From the NCBI GenBank assembly GCA_964019335.1, contig OZ025757.1:152547-216546 (forward strand): a DNA stretch of 64,000 bases, read 5' to 3'. A model generated the notes under the pieces. It was not told the DNA's origin. It saw nothing but the letters and a program-made list of their open reading frames with translations, and did not search any database. The stretch is from Diplonema japonicum (taxonomy: Eukaryota > Protista > Euglenozoa: Diplonemea). Positions 63,466 to 64,000 of this stretch are shown here, one piece after another (the first letter of the stretch is position 1; each line of letters opens with the position of its first letter). The translations under genes and the position numbers were made by a program.

Positions 63466-63479
63466 TGCGCGGCGCCGCA
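63422..63479. repeat. Perfect 29-bp tandem duplication GACGTCTTCGCCCATTGCGCGGCGCCGCA x2 at the LINE 5' junction
   Basis: Units at 63422-63450 and 63451-63479, read directly. Confidence 0.95.
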
Positions 63480-63508
63480 AAAAAAACAACTCAAAACCCG
63501 CGTTTCGG

Positions 63509-64000
63509 CTGTCACCATTATTTGCATTTTCTTTTTTAGAAAAAAACAATTCTGGATTCCCTCTAAATTCTGGAATTTTGGCTAGAGCCGGGAAAATAAA
63601 GTACTTTTATTTTTTTCCTTGTGTTTTAAGCAGATTTGTGAAAATGGGGCTTCAGAGAAAAGAGGCCGGAAAATCAACAAAATCTTGCGGTATTTGTGCC
63701 ATGGTGCCCACCGTGGACAGGGGATCCTACACGTGCCTGTCACCATTCGTCGCTGGCGCACCAGGTTCCTCAGGGAGTTCATCGAGCTCAGCCGCATCGG
63801 CACCAGAAAGCCCAGGGAGGCTGACATGATAACGTAGTTCTATGCCCTGTACAAAGGAGGACTTCAGCTGTCGAGCCTCTGGTCCCTTTATAGCCGCCTG
63901 AACCATACCATGAAGCATAAGCACAAAACATGCTGAAGGCGTGGACGAGCAGTGCAAGCAACCCCCTGTCTTAATGTTATGTCAAATCCTGGACTTCCTG
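63509..64000 (+). mobile_element. Family C longest copy (partial): degenerate ORF resembling the N-terminal part of a Crypton-type tyrosine recombinase
   Basis: The plus frame reads FLREFIELSRIGTRKPREADMIT*FYALYKGGLQLSSLWSLYSRLNHTMKHKH. Homologous to the copies at 8.8, 18.6 and 34.6 kb. The family assignment rests on recalled motif similarity only. Confidence 0.5.

Larger units (their letters stand above)
58170..63479 (-). mobile_element. Non-LTR retrotransposon (APE-type LINE), apparently young and probably 5'-truncated
   Basis: GC-rich, homopolymer-free 5.3 kb block with ORF1 and an uninterrupted APE-RT ORF. The exact 3' boundary and TSD were not resolved. Confidence 0.92.

Noticed and set aside
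62315-63829. 504 aa plus-strand ORF antisense to LINE ORF1
   Set aside because: GC-rich antisense shadow that crosses the LINE/family C junction, with no recognisable domain.
1-64000. tRNA, rRNA, SL RNA genes or telomeric arrays
   Set aside because: None recognised by eye. A covariance-model search (tRNAscan-SE, Infernal) would be needed to exclude them.

Overview
Eukaryotic nuclear DNA, most likely from a euglenozoan protist (diplonemid-like; inferred). All host genes lie on the minus strand, are nearly intron-free, and have pyrimidine tract-AG-A-rich leader-ATG 5' ends, as expected for polycistronic transcription with SL trans-splicing. Bases 1-38617 hold a tandem array of at least nine paralogous ~900-930 aa secreted proteins: signal peptide, LVIVD-type beta-propeller repeats, two WSC domains and a PLAT-like C-terminal domain. 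Their N-terminal thirds are highly divergent, while their C-terminal parts are patchwork-homogenised at the nucleotide level. Further along the window are a ~2128 aa two-exon multi-pass adhesin-like protein with a 57-nt mucin repeat, an acylation-motif FCP/SCP (NIF) phosphatase, a LamG-like type I membrane protein, a Trp/Glu-rich protein, and a young non-LTR retrotransposon. In that element ORF1 and the APE-RT ORF are in frame, separated by a single UGA-CUA stop and followed by a 2A-like (DIHPNPGP) peptide, suggesting tandem readthrough plus StopGo recoding. The intergenic DNA is saturated with long homopolymers. It also carries two internally deleted piggyBac elements with TTAA TSDs, MITEs and probable Crypton-like relics.
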